A DNA stretch of 56,863 nucleotides, taken from positions 1 to 56,863 of the forward strand of contig CAYWED010000001.1 of the NCBI GenBank assembly GCA_964457135.1, given 5' to 3'. The translations under genes were made by a program, and so were the position numbers. The stretch comes from an uncultured Muribaculaceae bacterium (GTDB lineage: Bacteria; Bacillota_I; Bacilli_A; RF39; UBA660). How positions within the stretch are numbered: position 1 is the stretch's first letter; each line of letters begins with the position of its first letter. The notes under the pieces were generated by a model. That model ran no database searches, was not told where the DNA came from, and was given only the letters and a program-made list of their open reading frames with translations. Below, in pieces: positions 9,102 through 18,350 of this stretch.

Positions 9102-9130
9102 TTGACAAAATAAATATATGAGCATATTAT
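9102..9130 (+). promoter_or_regulatory. sigma-A-type promoter of the MarR-ABC operon, with a possible operator
   Basis: TTGACA (9102-9107), 17 nt, TATTAT (9125-9130). An imperfect palindrome ATATG-ag-CATAT sits in the spacer, where MarR-type autorepressors commonly bind. Confidence 0.55.
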
Positions 9131-9165
9131 GTTATAAGGCGACTATATTAAGGAGACGAAAACTC

Positions 9166-9612
9166 ATGAATAAAATTAGTGTTTTATTTGAGATTAAGAG
9201 TTTAGAGAGTATGATTGCTAGAGACTTTTTTACTAAGATTCTTGATGAAGAAAAAATTAAGGTAAATATTCCTACTCCAACTCAAATGAGAATAATAGAT
9301 TACATTTTAAAAAGTGAAAAAGATGTGGAGCAAAAAGATTTAGAGAAAGTATTTAATTTAAGAAGGGCTACTATTTCTGGAGTACTACAAACTATGGAAA
9401 AGAATAACCTTATTATTAGGACTACTTCTTTAATTGATACAAGAACTAAAGTTATTAAACTTAGTAATCAGACTAGGAGTATTTTTGAAAAAAATAAAAA
9501 AAGAATGCTAGAACTTGAAAAAGTTATAACTAAGGATATTAGTGAAGATGAACTCGAAAACTTTATTAATGTTGTAAATAAAATGAAAGAAAATATTAAA
9601 AATATTAATTAG
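9166..9612 (+). CDS. MarR-family transcriptional regulator
   Basis: Start placed at the ATG at 9166, after RBS AAGGAG. About 148 aa with a winged-helix core (..QMRIIDYIL....DLEKVFNLRRATISGVLQTMEKNNLIIR..D.R.K.I.L). Confidence 0.8.
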   Translation: MNKISVLFEIKSLESMIARDFFTKILDEEKIKVNIPTPTQMRIIDYILKSEKDVEQKDLEKVFNLRRATISGVLQTMEKNNLIIRTTSLIDTRTKVIKLSNQTRSIFEKNKKRMLELEKVITKDISEDELENFINVVNKMKENIKNIN

Positions 9613-9645
9613 AAGTTACCAATAAGTATAAGAGGAGGATAAAGT

Positions 9646-11409
9646 ATGTTTAAGTTGCTTAAAAATTTTAATAAGAAAGATTGGGCACTGGTAATAGTTA
9701 TTTTGTGTTTAGTTGTAGTTCAGGTCTGGTTAGATTTAAAGATGCCTGATTATATGAGTGCGATTACTAGACTTGTTCAAACTGAAGGAAGCGAAATGAG
9801 TGAAATCATTAAAAATGGTGGATATATGCTTTTATGCGCTTTTGGAAGTTTAATTACAGCGATTTTTACTGGTTATTTAGTTTCTGGTGTGGCTTCAACT
9901 TTTTCTATGAATGTTAGAGAAAAGTTATTTAAAAAGATTGGAAACTTATCAACTAGTGAAATTAAAGAATTTTCTACGAGTAGTTTAATTACTAGAACTA
10001 CTAATGATATTACTCAAGTAGAGATGGTTATTACAATGGGACTACAACTTATGTTAAAAGCACCTATTACTGCTGTTTGGGCTGTTTCTAAGATTCTTAA
10101 TAAAAGCTGGGAATGGAGTGCTGTTACTGGAATTTCTGTTGTAATATTACTTAGTGTTATTGGGATTTTGATGTTAATTGTTTTACCTAGATTTAAGATT
10201 GTTCAAAAGTTAACTGACAGGCTAAATAATGCTACTCGTGAAAATTTAACTGGTATTAGAGTTGTGCGTGCTTTTAATGCTGAAACATATCAAGAGGATA
10301 AATTTGATGAAGTGAATCAAAGTCTTACTAAAACTCAATTATTTAACCAAAAGATGTTTGCGATTATGCAACCAGTTATGTATTTAGTTATGTATGGACT
10401 TACTTTGAGTATTTATTTTATAGGTGCAAATTTAATTAAGGATGCTTTAATGGCTGATAAGATTACATTGTTTGGAGATATGGTAGTTTTTAGTAGTTAT
10501 GCTATGCAAGTTATTATGTCTTTCTTAATGCTTGCCATGATATTTATGATGGTTCCAAGAGCTAGTGTGTCTGCTAACAGAATTAATGAGGTATTAGATA
10601 AAGAAACTAGCATTAAGTATGGGAAGTTTAAGGGAGAGGCGAATTTAGTTGGAACCGTTGAATTTAAGAATGTGAGTTTTAAGTATCCTGATGCTGATGA
10701 GTATTTACTTAAGGATATTTCATTTAAGGCTGAACGCGGAGAGACAGTTGCATTTATAGGTTCTACTGGTAGTGGTAAGTCTACTTTAATTAATTTAATT
10801 CCAAGATTTTATGATGCAACTGATGGAGAGGTTTTAATTGATGGAGTCAATGTTAAAGATTACGAAGAAGAAGCACTTAATAATAAACTTGGCTATGTTT
10901 CTCAAAAAGCAGTTATGTTTAATGGTACTGTAAAGTCAAATGTAAGTTACGGAGATAATGGCAAGGGTAAAATAAGTGATGATAAAATTAAAGATGCCAT
11001 TAGGGTTGCTCAGGCAGAAGAATTTGTGACAAAAATGGATGATGGGTATGACTCACATATTGCTAGTGGTGGTACTAATGTAAGTGGTGGTCAAAAGCAA
11101 AGATTATCTATTGCAAGGGCTATTGCTAGAGATCCTGAAATTTATATTTTTGATGACTCTTTTTCAGCACTTGATTATAAGACTGATAGTGTTTTAAGAA
11201 AAGAGTTAAAGAAATATACAAAAGATGCAACTAGTTTGATAGTAGCACAGAGAATTGGAACTATTATGAATGCTGATAAAATCGTAGTTTTAGATAATGG
11301 AAGTGTAGCTGGAATAGGTAAACATAAAGATTTATTAAAAACATGTGAGGTATACAAGCAAATTGCTTTATCACAATTATCAGAGGAGGAATTAGAGAAT
11401 GAAAGATAA
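9646..11409 (+). CDS. ABC exporter half-transporter (permease plus NBD), degenerate-site subunit (BmrC/YheI-like)
   Basis: 587 aa. Six-TM exporter domain, Walker A GSTGSGKST, signature VSGGQKQ. Walker B is IYIFDDS (Asp in place of the catalytic Glu) and the H-loop is VAQR (Gln in place of His). Confidence 0.9.
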   Translation: MFKLLKNFNKKDWALVIVILCLVVVQVWLDLKMPDYMSAITRLVQTEGSEMSEIIKNGGYMLLCAFGSLITAIFTGYLVSGVASTFSMNVREKLFKKIGNLSTSEIKEFSTSSLITRTTNDITQVEMVITMGLQLMLKAPITAVWAVSKILNKSWEWSAVTGISVVILLSVIGILMLIVLPRFKIVQKLTDRLNNATRENLTGIRVVRAFNAETYQEDKFDEVNQSLTKTQLFNQKMFAIMQPVMYLVMYGLTLSIYFIGANLIKDALMADKITLFGDMVVFSSYAMQVIMSFLMLAMIFMMVPRASVSANRINEVLDKETSIKYGKFKGEANLVGTVEFKNVSFKYPDADEYLLKDISFKAERGETVAFIGSTGSGKSTLINLIPRFYDATDGEVLIDGVNVKDYEEEALNNKLGYVSQKAVMFNGTVKSNVSYGDNGKGKISDDKIKDAIRVAQAEEFVTKMDDGYDSHIASGGTNVSGGQKQRLSIARAIARDPEIYIFDDSFSALDYKTDSVLRKELKKYTKDATSLIVAQRIGTIMNADKIVVLDNGSVAGIGKHKDLLKTCEVYKQIALSQLSEEELENER

Positions 11410-13525
11410 TGAACATAAAAATAGACCTCCTAGAAAAGGCCCTATGGGAAGAGGAATGAACACAGGAGAAAAAGCAAATGATTTTGGTGCAGCAATAAAA
11501 AGATTGTTCAAAGAAATGAGTAAACATAAAGTTCTTATATTTATTGGGTTATTTTTAGCAGTAGGTAGTTCTATTTTATCAATACTTGCACCTGATAAGT
11601 TATCAGATTTAACTGATGAAATATCAAAAGGACTTGTTGTTAATACTAAAAACGCTGAAATTTTGTCTAGTAAAATTAATGAAAGTTTAACTGTTAATAT
11701 GCCTAGTACAGGTATGGATAATACTGATAATAATCTTCAAAATAGCGTAGTAGCAAATATGGATAAAAATTACTTAGCATTTTTACTTAACGATTTTGTA
11801 ATAGATGGCAAAAATATTAGTGTAGAAGACCAAATAGAGTTTTTAAATATTTTTGGAAATGTTACTGAAGAGACTGAAGCAAGTGAGATTTATGCTTTAA
11901 TAGATAAGTTGCCAGAGAATATTCAAAGTGTAATTAAACCAGTTATGGATATAGATGCTATTAAAGGAATTGTTATGTTTTTAGTGATTCTATATGCAAG
12001 TAGTGCTTTGATGGGATTTTTTGAAAGTATTTGTATGACAGATGTTTCTAATAAATTTGCAAGAAGTCTTCGTACAAGAATTTCTAAGAAAATAAATAAA
12101 TTGCCTCTTAAATATTTTGATAAACATCAAACTGGAGATTTGCTTTCTAGAGTTACAAATGATGTAGATACTATTGCACAAACTATGAATAATTCGCTTA
12201 GTAGTTTGGTTAGTGCTGTTACTTTATTTATAGGTACTATTATAATGATGTTTACTACAAATGTACTTATGTCTATTACTGCTATTGTGGCTAGTTTAAT
12301 TGGATTTATTGGTATGATGGTTATTTTAAGTAAGAGTCAAAAATATTTTAAAGAAAGACAAGAAGAATTAGGTAACTTAAACGCTCATATTGAAGAGGTA
12401 TATTCTGGATTAAATGTTGTTAAAGTATATAATGGAAAAAATGAAGCTAATAATAAATTTTATGAATATAATAAGAATGTTTGTAATGCAAATAGAAAGA
12501 GTCAATTTTTATCTGGTATGATGATGCCTATTATGAACTTTATTGGTAATTTTGGGTATGTTGCTGTTTGTATAGTTGGGGCTCTTCTTACAATGAATGG
12601 AAGTATTTCATTTGGAGTTATAGTTGCGTTTATTACTTATGTAAGACTATTTACTTCTCCTTTATCGCAAATTGCACAGGGGCTTACAAGTTTACAATCT
12701 ACTGCTGCTGCTAGTGAGAGAGTATTTGAATTTTTAGATGAAGAAGAGATGAGTGACCAAAGTAATATTTCTAAAATACTTGATAAATCAAAAGTTAAGG
12801 GAAACATTGAGTTTAGAAATGTAGTGTTTAAATATGATGGAAATGAAATGCCTACTATTAATAACTTTACTGCTAAGGCTAAACAAGGTGAAAAAATTGC
12901 AATTGTTGGGCCTACTGGTGCAGGCAAGACTACTATGGTAAATTTACTTATGAAATTTTATGATATAAATCAAGGCGAGATATTAATAGATGGGGTTCCA
13001 ATTAATGAATTAACACGTGAAAATATTCATAGTTTATTTACAATGGTTCTTCAGGACACTTGGTTATTTAATGGGACTGTTAGAGAAAATATTGTTTATA
13101 ACCGTGAAAATATAAGTGAAGAAAGAATTAAAGAGGTGTGTAAAGAAGTCGGGCTTGACCATTTTATTAGGACACTTCCGAATAGTTATGATTCTGTAAT
13201 AAATGATTATGATAGTGTTTCAGCAGGACAAAGACAACTTATTACTATTGCTAGAGGTATGATTGAAGATAGTCCATTCTTAATTTTAGATGAGGCTACA
13301 AGTAATGTTGATACTAGAACTGAGGAGTTAGTTCAAAAGGCAATGGATAAGTTAACTGAAGGCAGAACATCATTTATAATAGCGCATAGGTTATCTACAA
13401 TTAAGAATGCTGATTTAATTCTTGTTATGAAAGATGGAAATATTGTTGAACAAGGTAATCATGAAGAGTTGATGAAGAAAAACGGAAGTTATGCTGCGCT
13501 TTATAATTCACAGTTTGAGTTATAG
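11399..13525 (+). CDS. ABC exporter half-transporter (permease plus NBD), consensus-site subunit (BmrD/YheH-like)
   Basis: 708 aa, overlapping the upstream gene by 11 nt. Walker A GPTGAGKTT, Walker B LILDEATS, H-loop IAHR, signature degenerate (VSAGQRQ). There is an approximately 115-aa hydrophilic insert between TM1 and TM2. Confidence 0.9.
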   Translation: MKDNEHKNRPPRKGPMGRGMNTGEKANDFGAAIKRLFKEMSKHKVLIFIGLFLAVGSSILSILAPDKLSDLTDEISKGLVVNTKNAEILSSKINESLTVNMPSTGMDNTDNNLQNSVVANMDKNYLAFLLNDFVIDGKNISVEDQIEFLNIFGNVTEETEASEIYALIDKLPENIQSVIKPVMDIDAIKGIVMFLVILYASSALMGFFESICMTDVSNKFARSLRTRISKKINKLPLKYFDKHQTGDLLSRVTNDVDTIAQTMNNSLSSLVSAVTLFIGTIIMMFTTNVLMSITAIVASLIGFIGMMVILSKSQKYFKERQEELGNLNAHIEEVYSGLNVVKVYNGKNEANNKFYEYNKNVCNANRKSQFLSGMMMPIMNFIGNFGYVAVCIVGALLTMNGSISFGVIVAFITYVRLFTSPLSQIAQGLTSLQSTAAASERVFEFLDEEEMSDQSNISKILDKSKVKGNIEFRNVVFKYDGNEMPTINNFTAKAKQGEKIAIVGPTGAGKTTMVNLLMKFYDINQGEILIDGVPINELTRENIHSLFTMVLQDTWLFNGTVRENIVYNRENISEERIKEVCKEVGLDHFIRTLPNSYDSVINDYDSVSAGQRQLITIARGMIEDSPFLILDEATSNVDTRTEELVQKAMDKLTEGRTSFIIAHRLSTIKNADLILVMKDGNIVEQGNHEELMKKNGSYAALYNSQFEL

Positions 13526-13533
13526 AGTTTTAT

Positions 13534-13568
13534 AAACAAATCAATATGTTTTATTGGTTTGTTTTTTT
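13534..13568 (+). terminator. rho-independent terminator of the ABC operon
   Basis: AAACAAATCAATA-tgtt-TATTGGTTTGTTT (13-bp stem with one G-U) followed by a T-run. Confidence 0.7.
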
Positions 13569-13618
13569 GTGGTAAAATAAGTTTATAACGATTAGTTTAA
13601 TAAGGAGAGTGTTTATTT

Positions 13619-14776
13619 TTGATAAGTGCAAAATATAAAAAGATTTATGAAGAATTTATTAACAAATATAAAGAGATTCATATTAATCCATGGCATGAAA
13701 TAACAGAAGAAGAATTAAATAAAATTGTAAGCGAGTTGATATCAAAAATGGAAATAAATGATATATATGGTTTTAAATATTTTATAGATTATATAATAAA
13801 AAGATTAAGTGGAAAGTCAGACGCACATACTAAATCTGCAATAGAGTTTCCGTTACCAATTAACTTTAAAATTTTTAATAATGATGTACTTATTAACTAT
13901 CCAAATGAGTTAAAAACAGGAAAATTAATTTCTATAAATGATGTTAGTATTGAAAAAATCATTGAAGAATTAGATAGTGTGATTACTTATGGGACAGAAG
14001 GAAAGAGAAGATATGAACTTGAAAAATATTTATTTAACTCTATAATTTTGTTTGGTTTGCCTTCATTAAGAAAATGTGATAAACTGACTTTTAAAATTTT
14101 AACTTTTGATGGAAAAGAAATAACAAGAACTTTTAAAAAAGATGAAGAATATAAAGATAACTTTGATTATGATAAATATTTATATGGAGATAATGCAACT
14201 TTCAGAATAGAAGATGACGTATTAATATATAACCATAGTTCAGTTCAACCAAAATTTAAACAACAAATAGAAACTGCAGTAAATAATATGAGAAAGTTGG
14301 ATTTGATTAATATAGACAAAATAATCATAGATTTAAGAGGTAATACAGGTGGAAATTCTGCTTTTAATAAAATTCTAATGGATTTTTTATGTGAACATAA
14401 AGATAAAGAGTTAATTGCATTAACTGATTATAGAGTTTTTTCTGCTGGAAGATATGCTTTAATGGATTTAATTAAATTAGGGGCAGTTACTATTGGAGAA
14501 GAAATAAGTACTCCTATTAATTGTTTTGGAAATTCGCATTGGATAAATATTGATAATTATAATTTTTCAATTTCAGAGTGTTATTTTCATCCAGTCTATG
14601 ATATAGGAATTAAATCTAAAGAAGAATTTAATTCTAAAGTAACAGAAGATATTTTAAAACCATACATTTATCGGCCTGATATTGTAGTTGAGCAAACTGA
14701 AGAAGATTATATTTATGGTGTTGATACAATATTAAATTATGCAATAAAATATAGTAATCAAAAACAAAGAAAGTGA
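13619..14776 (+). CDS. S41 (C-terminal processing peptidase)-like protein, apparently cytoplasmic
   Basis: 385 aa, TTG start after AAGGAGAG. IIIDLRGNTGGN matches the S41 DLRxNxGG box and a ..FSAGRY.. Ser segment lies downstream. There is no N-terminal hydrophobic signal. It ends in TGA. Confidence 0.5.
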   Translation: MISAKYKKIYEEFINKYKEIHINPWHEITEEELNKIVSELISKMEINDIYGFKYFIDYIIKRLSGKSDAHTKSAIEFPLPINFKIFNNDVLINYPNELKTGKLISINDVSIEKIIEELDSVITYGTEGKRRYELEKYLFNSIILFGLPSLRKCDKLTFKILTFDGKEITRTFKKDEEYKDNFDYDKYLYGDNATFRIEDDVLIYNHSSVQPKFKQQIETAVNNMRKLDLINIDKIIIDLRGNTGGNSAFNKILMDFLCEHKDKELIALTDYRVFSAGRYALMDLIKLGAVTIGEEISTPINCFGNSHWINIDNYNFSISECYFHPVYDIGIKSKEEFNSKVTEDILKPYIYRPDIVVEQTEEDYIYGVDTILNYAIKYSNQKQRK

Positions 14777-14797
14777 ATTTGTATAGGAGAGGTTTTT

Positions 14798-15418
14798 ATG
14801 AAAAAGAAATTTAAAAATATAATTATTAATTATGATAAAGAAGCTATTAATTTTATTGATGAGGTATTTACTTATCTTATTTCTGAAGTCGAAGATATTT
14901 ATTCATTTTTTAATATCTATCCTTATAAAAATGAAATTAATATTACAGTAGTACCAACTAAAAAAAAATTAGATAATGATTATTGGTGTTATGAAGGTAC
15001 TCCACATGATTGGGTAGTAGGATTTACTGTATGTGGTAATAACGCTTATAAAATTTACTTGGTTTCATTTAATGATTATAAAAATACAACTCATAAGAGT
15101 GAAAGTTTAGAAGACTATAAAAAAGTTTTAGTTCATGAGTTTGTCCATGTAGTACACTCTATCTTTTGTAAGGGGAATTATCCTGCTAATTTTATTTGGG
15201 AAGGTGCTGCATGTTATTTAAGTGGACAATGGGTAAATAAAAATGTTGATATGCCTAGTAAGGATGATGCTCTTAATGGTGTTTGTGATGATAATCAGTA
15301 TGCTTTCCTTTTTGATATGATTTTAAAAAATTATGATAAAGATACTTTTGTAAAAATATTGAAAAATGAGATTAATGGTGAAGATATATTATATGATATT
15401 TATCAAATTAAAAAATAG
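14798..15418 (+). CDS. putative zinc metallopeptidase-like protein (HExxH)
   Basis: 206 aa, RBS AGGAGAGG. It has a single LVHEFVHVVH HExxH motif and no signal peptide. Confidence 0.45.
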   Translation: MKKKFKNIIINYDKEAINFIDEVFTYLISEVEDIYSFFNIYPYKNEINITVVPTKKKLDNDYWCYEGTPHDWVVGFTVCGNNAYKIYLVSFNDYKNTTHKSESLEDYKKVLVHEFVHVVHSIFCKGNYPANFIWEGAACYLSGQWVNKNVDMPSKDDALNGVCDDNQYAFLFDMILKNYDKDTFVKILKNEINGEDILYDIYQIKK

Positions 15419-15446
15419 ATTATTTTGATATTAAATTAGTGGTTAA

Positions 15447-15475
15447 TTGAAAATAAAATTATTTATTGCTATACT
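15447..15475 (+). promoter_or_regulatory. candidate promoter of the ccdA-thioredoxin operon
   Basis: TTGAAA (15447-15452), 17 nt, TATACT (15470-15475). Confidence 0.45.
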
Positions 15476-15501
15476 TATAATATGAATTAGGAGAGTTATT
15501 T

Positions 15502-16155
15502 ATGGAGTATTTAATAACATTTGTTGAAGGTATTGCATCTTTTATATCACCTTGTGTTTTACCAATGATACCTGTATATTTATCATATTTTATGGCTGAA
15601 AGTAAAAGCACTAAAAAGGCTTTAATTAATTCTTTAGGATTTGTTTTGGGGTTTAGTATAATTTTCATACTTTTAGGAGTTTTTGCAGGAAGTTTTGGGA
15701 GGCTCATTCATAGTTATTCAAATTATATAAATATTGTTTTAGGAGTACTATTAACAGTAATAGGCCTTAATTATATGGGAGTTATATTTGTTAAATTTCT
15801 TAATAAAACGAAAGGAATGAAACAAAGAGATACAAACTTAACTTTTATTACATCTACATTATTTGGTATGCTTTTTTCTTTAACTTGGACGCCATGCATA
15901 GGAGCATTTTTATCTTCTGCATTAATTCTTGCTAGTTCTACTGGAAGTGTTTTAAAGGGCGCATTACTTTTATTTATATATTCAGTAGGTTTAGGTTTAC
16001 CATTTATAGTAACAACTTTGTTTATGGAGAAGATAAAAGGAACTTTTGATTTTATAAAAAAACACTACAATATTATAAATAAAATAGCAGGTGGTTTTCT
16101 TATATTATATGGGTGTTTTAATATTATTAATGGTATAATAGGAATAGTAAAATAA
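15502..16155 (+). CDS. ccdA: cytochrome c-type biogenesis / thiol-disulfide electron transfer protein CcdA (DsbD-family core)
   Basis: 217 aa, six TM segments. Conserved Cys-containing motifs are ISPCVLPMIPVYL and WTPCIG. Confidence 0.85.
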   Translation: MEYLITFVEGIASFISPCVLPMIPVYLSYFMAESKSTKKALINSLGFVLGFSIIFILLGVFAGSFGRLIHSYSNYINIVLGVLLTVIGLNYMGVIFVKFLNKTKGMKQRDTNLTFITSTLFGMLFSLTWTPCIGAFLSSALILASSTGSVLKGALLLFIYSVGLGLPFIVTTLFMEKIKGTFDFIKKHYNIINKIAGGFLILYGCFNIINGIIGIVK

Positions 16156-16168
16156 AGGAGTAAAGATA

Positions 16169-16606
16169 ATGGATAAGAAAAAAATAAAATTAATAATTGA
16201 GGTAATATTATTTGTACTAGTATTATGTGGGATAACTTTTTTATATTATTTTGTAGGTAATGAAACTGCAAATGAAGATGATATGGCAGGTGCTAATATA
16301 ATACATGTAACTGATGAAAATTTTGAGGAAGAAGTAATAAATGCAGATAAACCTGTAATACTAGAATTTTTCTCTAATAGTTGTCCGCCTTGTTTGACAA
16401 TGCTCCCTACTATGATAAATATTGCTAAAAATAATGAAGACATTAAAGTAGTAAGTGCTAATGCTAGTGTGGATGATACTAAAGAAATAGTTAGCAAATA
16501 TAATATACAAGCATACCCTACTATTCTAATTATAAAGAATGGAGAGGTTACAAAAGAGTTTGTAGGCGCTACTAATGAAGAAACTATAATGAAAGAGGTT
16601 AAATAA
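16169..16606 (+). CDS. membrane-anchored thioredoxin-family protein
   Basis: 145 aa. An N-terminal TM helix is followed by a thioredoxin fold with a CPPC active site (FFSNSCPPCLTMLP) and ..AYPTILI.. Confidence 0.85.
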   Translation: MDKKKIKLIIEVILFVLVLCGITFLYYFVGNETANEDDMAGANIIHVTDENFEEEVINADKPVILEFFSNSCPPCLTMLPTMINIAKNNEDIKVVSANASVDDTKEIVSKYNIQAYPTILIIKNGEVTKEFVGATNEETIMKEVK

Positions 16607-16619
16607 TAGGAGGCTAACT

Positions 16620-17024
16620 ATGAAAAAAAGACATATTTTAATGATTATTACAGTAGTATTATTTGCACTGGTGATGTTTAGTATAAAAGATTCTAAAAAT
16701 ACTAAAACATTAACATGTAGTGTTAATGGAGAGTTTTATGAAATGGAAAGTGTTACTACTTTAAAAGCTAAAGTAAATAACAATAAAGTAAGAAGTATGT
16801 TTATTTCTATAGATGTTATAATACCTGAAGAATATAAAGACTATAAACAAAATTTAATAAGTCAAATGAAGGCTAGTGGAAAAATGCAAGTAGAAAGTAC
16901 AAGTAAAGGAATAAGATTAAGTACAGGTACTAATAAATATTTTGATTCATTAGGTCTTAATAGAGATAGTTCATATAGTGAACTTAAAAGTGCATTAGAG
17001 TTACAAGGCTATAGTTGTGAATAA
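16620..17024 (+). CDS. membrane-anchored or secreted hypothetical protein
   Basis: 134 aa, RBS AGGAGG. It has an N-terminal hydrophobic helix and is co-operonic with ccdA and the thioredoxin. Confidence 0.5.
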   Translation: MKKRHILMIITVVLFALVMFSIKDSKNTKTLTCSVNGEFYEMESVTTLKAKVNNNKVRSMFISIDVIIPEEYKDYKQNLISQMKASGKMQVESTSKGIRLSTGTNKYFDSLGLNRDSSYSELKSALELQGYSCE

Positions 17025-17036
17025 CTAGCCTTTTTT
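17005..17036 (+). terminator. candidate terminator overlapping the end of the 134-aa gene
   Basis: AAGGCTA, 14-nt loop, TAGCCTT, followed by TTTTAT. Confidence 0.4.
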
Positions 17037-17141
17037 ATAGATTTAAATTTTTACTATTTGAGGATTTAAGAAGTGCAACTGAAAGTTGATAGTTTGATTA
17101 TATAATTTATTTTAAAATTACTACATGAAGGAGGAAATCTA

Positions 17142-18059
17142 ATGAAATTTGGAGATAATTTAAGAAAGCTTAGAAAATATAAGAAAATATCTCAAGAAGA
17201 GCTTGCAGAGAAAGTTAATGTATCAAGACAAAGTGTATCTAAGTGGGAAACAGGAGACGCATATCCTGAGATGAATAATATTTTAGAGTTGTGTAAGATT
17301 TTTAAATGTAATATTAATGATTTGGTAAATGATAGTATTATTGATATGGATTCGTTAGATGAAGATGTAAAGATGAGTGTAGTTAAATTTAAAAAAGAAC
17401 AACAAAGTAAGATGAAAGGACTTAGTAAAGCAATTTCTATTATTGCCAAAGTATGTAGAATTTTTGTTTTTATTGGTATAGGGCTTGTTGGAATTAGTAT
17501 GTTAGTAGTTCCTTTTATTGTTAATAGTTTTGATGTTAACGAGAATGAAATTAGTTTTAAGTGGTCTAACGATAAAATTGTTATAACTGAAACTGCCAAA
17601 GACGTTTCAATAAAGTATAAGGATATGGTAATAGCAGATGAAAGTGAAATTAGCACTTTAATGAAAATTAAAGAAGTGTTTGATAATAATTCTAAAATTA
17701 TGATAATAGGATATGTAGAATGTGGTTTTGCTATTTTGATTGTTACTTTGGTGCTTGGTAGTTTTACTTTTAATCATTTAGGACAATTATTTAATAATAT
17801 ATATGTAGGCGATACACCATTTACTTTAGAAAATGTTGAGCATATTAAAAGAATGGCCTATTATTTAATTAGTCTTATTGCTTTACCTTATTTGGGTGGT
17901 TCTATTTTTGAAATCCTTATGGGTATTAATCTAAACGTTCAGTTTGAGTTATTTGATTTAATTCAAATATTGTTCTTATTCAGTATGGCTTATATTTTTC
18001 AATATGGATATTTAATCCAAATTGATTCTAATGGAAAGATGTATGGTGATGAGAAGTGA
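17142..18059 (+). CDS. XRE-family HTH regulator with C-terminal transmembrane domain
   Basis: 305 aa. The N-terminus LRKLRKYKKISQEELAEKVNVSRQSVSKWETG is a classic HTH_3. At least four hydrophobic helices follow in the C-terminal two thirds. RBS is GAAGGAGG. Confidence 0.8.
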   Translation: MKFGDNLRKLRKYKKISQEELAEKVNVSRQSVSKWETGDAYPEMNNILELCKIFKCNINDLVNDSIIDMDSLDEDVKMSVVKFKKEQQSKMKGLSKAISIIAKVCRIFVFIGIGLVGISMLVVPFIVNSFDVNENEISFKWSNDKIVITETAKDVSIKYKDMVIADESEISTLMKIKEVFDNNSKIMIIGYVECGFAILIVTLVLGSFTFNHLGQLFNNIYVGDTPFTLENVEHIKRMAYYLISLIALPYLGGSIFEILMGINLNVQFELFDLIQILFLFSMAYIFQYGYLIQIDSNGKMYGDEK

Positions 18060-18316
18060 ATAAACGCGAGTTTGTTAACATTTTATCTGAGAGGCTTGAA
18101 ATTAGTGTGGATAAAGCACTAGTTATTAACAGTATTTTTGAGAGTAAGTTTTTTATAAGCAAGAAAAATAAGGATATTATTGTAGAAGATATTGTTAATA
18201 AATTAGATGTTAGTGAAAAGGATGCTTTGCATATATATGATGAAGCAGTTAATATTTTAAAAAGTGAGATTAAAAATAAACTAAAGCATCCTTTTGGTAA
18301 ACAAGGGTTAAATTAA
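18056..18316 (+). CDS. small hypothetical protein, translationally coupled to the XRE gene
   Basis: 86 aa. The GTG start overlaps the upstream TGA as GTGA. The N-terminus NKREFVNILSERL is faintly HU/IHF-like but too short and divergent to call. Confidence 0.4.
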   Translation: MNKREFVNILSERLEISVDKALVINSIFESKFFISKKNKDIIVEDIVNKLDVSEKDALHIYDEAVNILKSEIKNKLKHPFGKQGLN

Positions 18317-18349
18317 AAACTCATTACAGACTCTTGTAGTGAGTTTTTT
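18315..18349. terminator. bidirectional rho-independent terminator
   Basis: AAAAACTCATTACA-gactc-TGTAGTGAGTTTTTT, with an A-run on one side and a T-run on the other, between convergent genes. Confidence 0.65.
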
Positions 18350-18350
18350 G

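Noticed and set aside
9001-9108. The N-terminal 36-codon extension of the first mTERF-like ORF (8083-9108). Similar extensions occur at 9118-9165 (MarR), 32891-32905 (GT2), 37118-37201, 41788-41802, 47620-47667 (AbiEi) and 56480-56548 (LtaS-like).
   Set aside because: Each extension lacks an RBS and runs through a consensus promoter, a terminator hairpin or the preceding gene. An internal ATG with a good Shine-Dalgarno sequence follows in each case. The shorter starts were used.
18056-18316. Calling the 86-aa protein an HU/IHF-type DNA-binding protein.
   Set aside because: Only the first 15 residues or so resemble HU. The conserved beta-arm residues (R-x-G-R-N-P) are absent. It was left as hypothetical.
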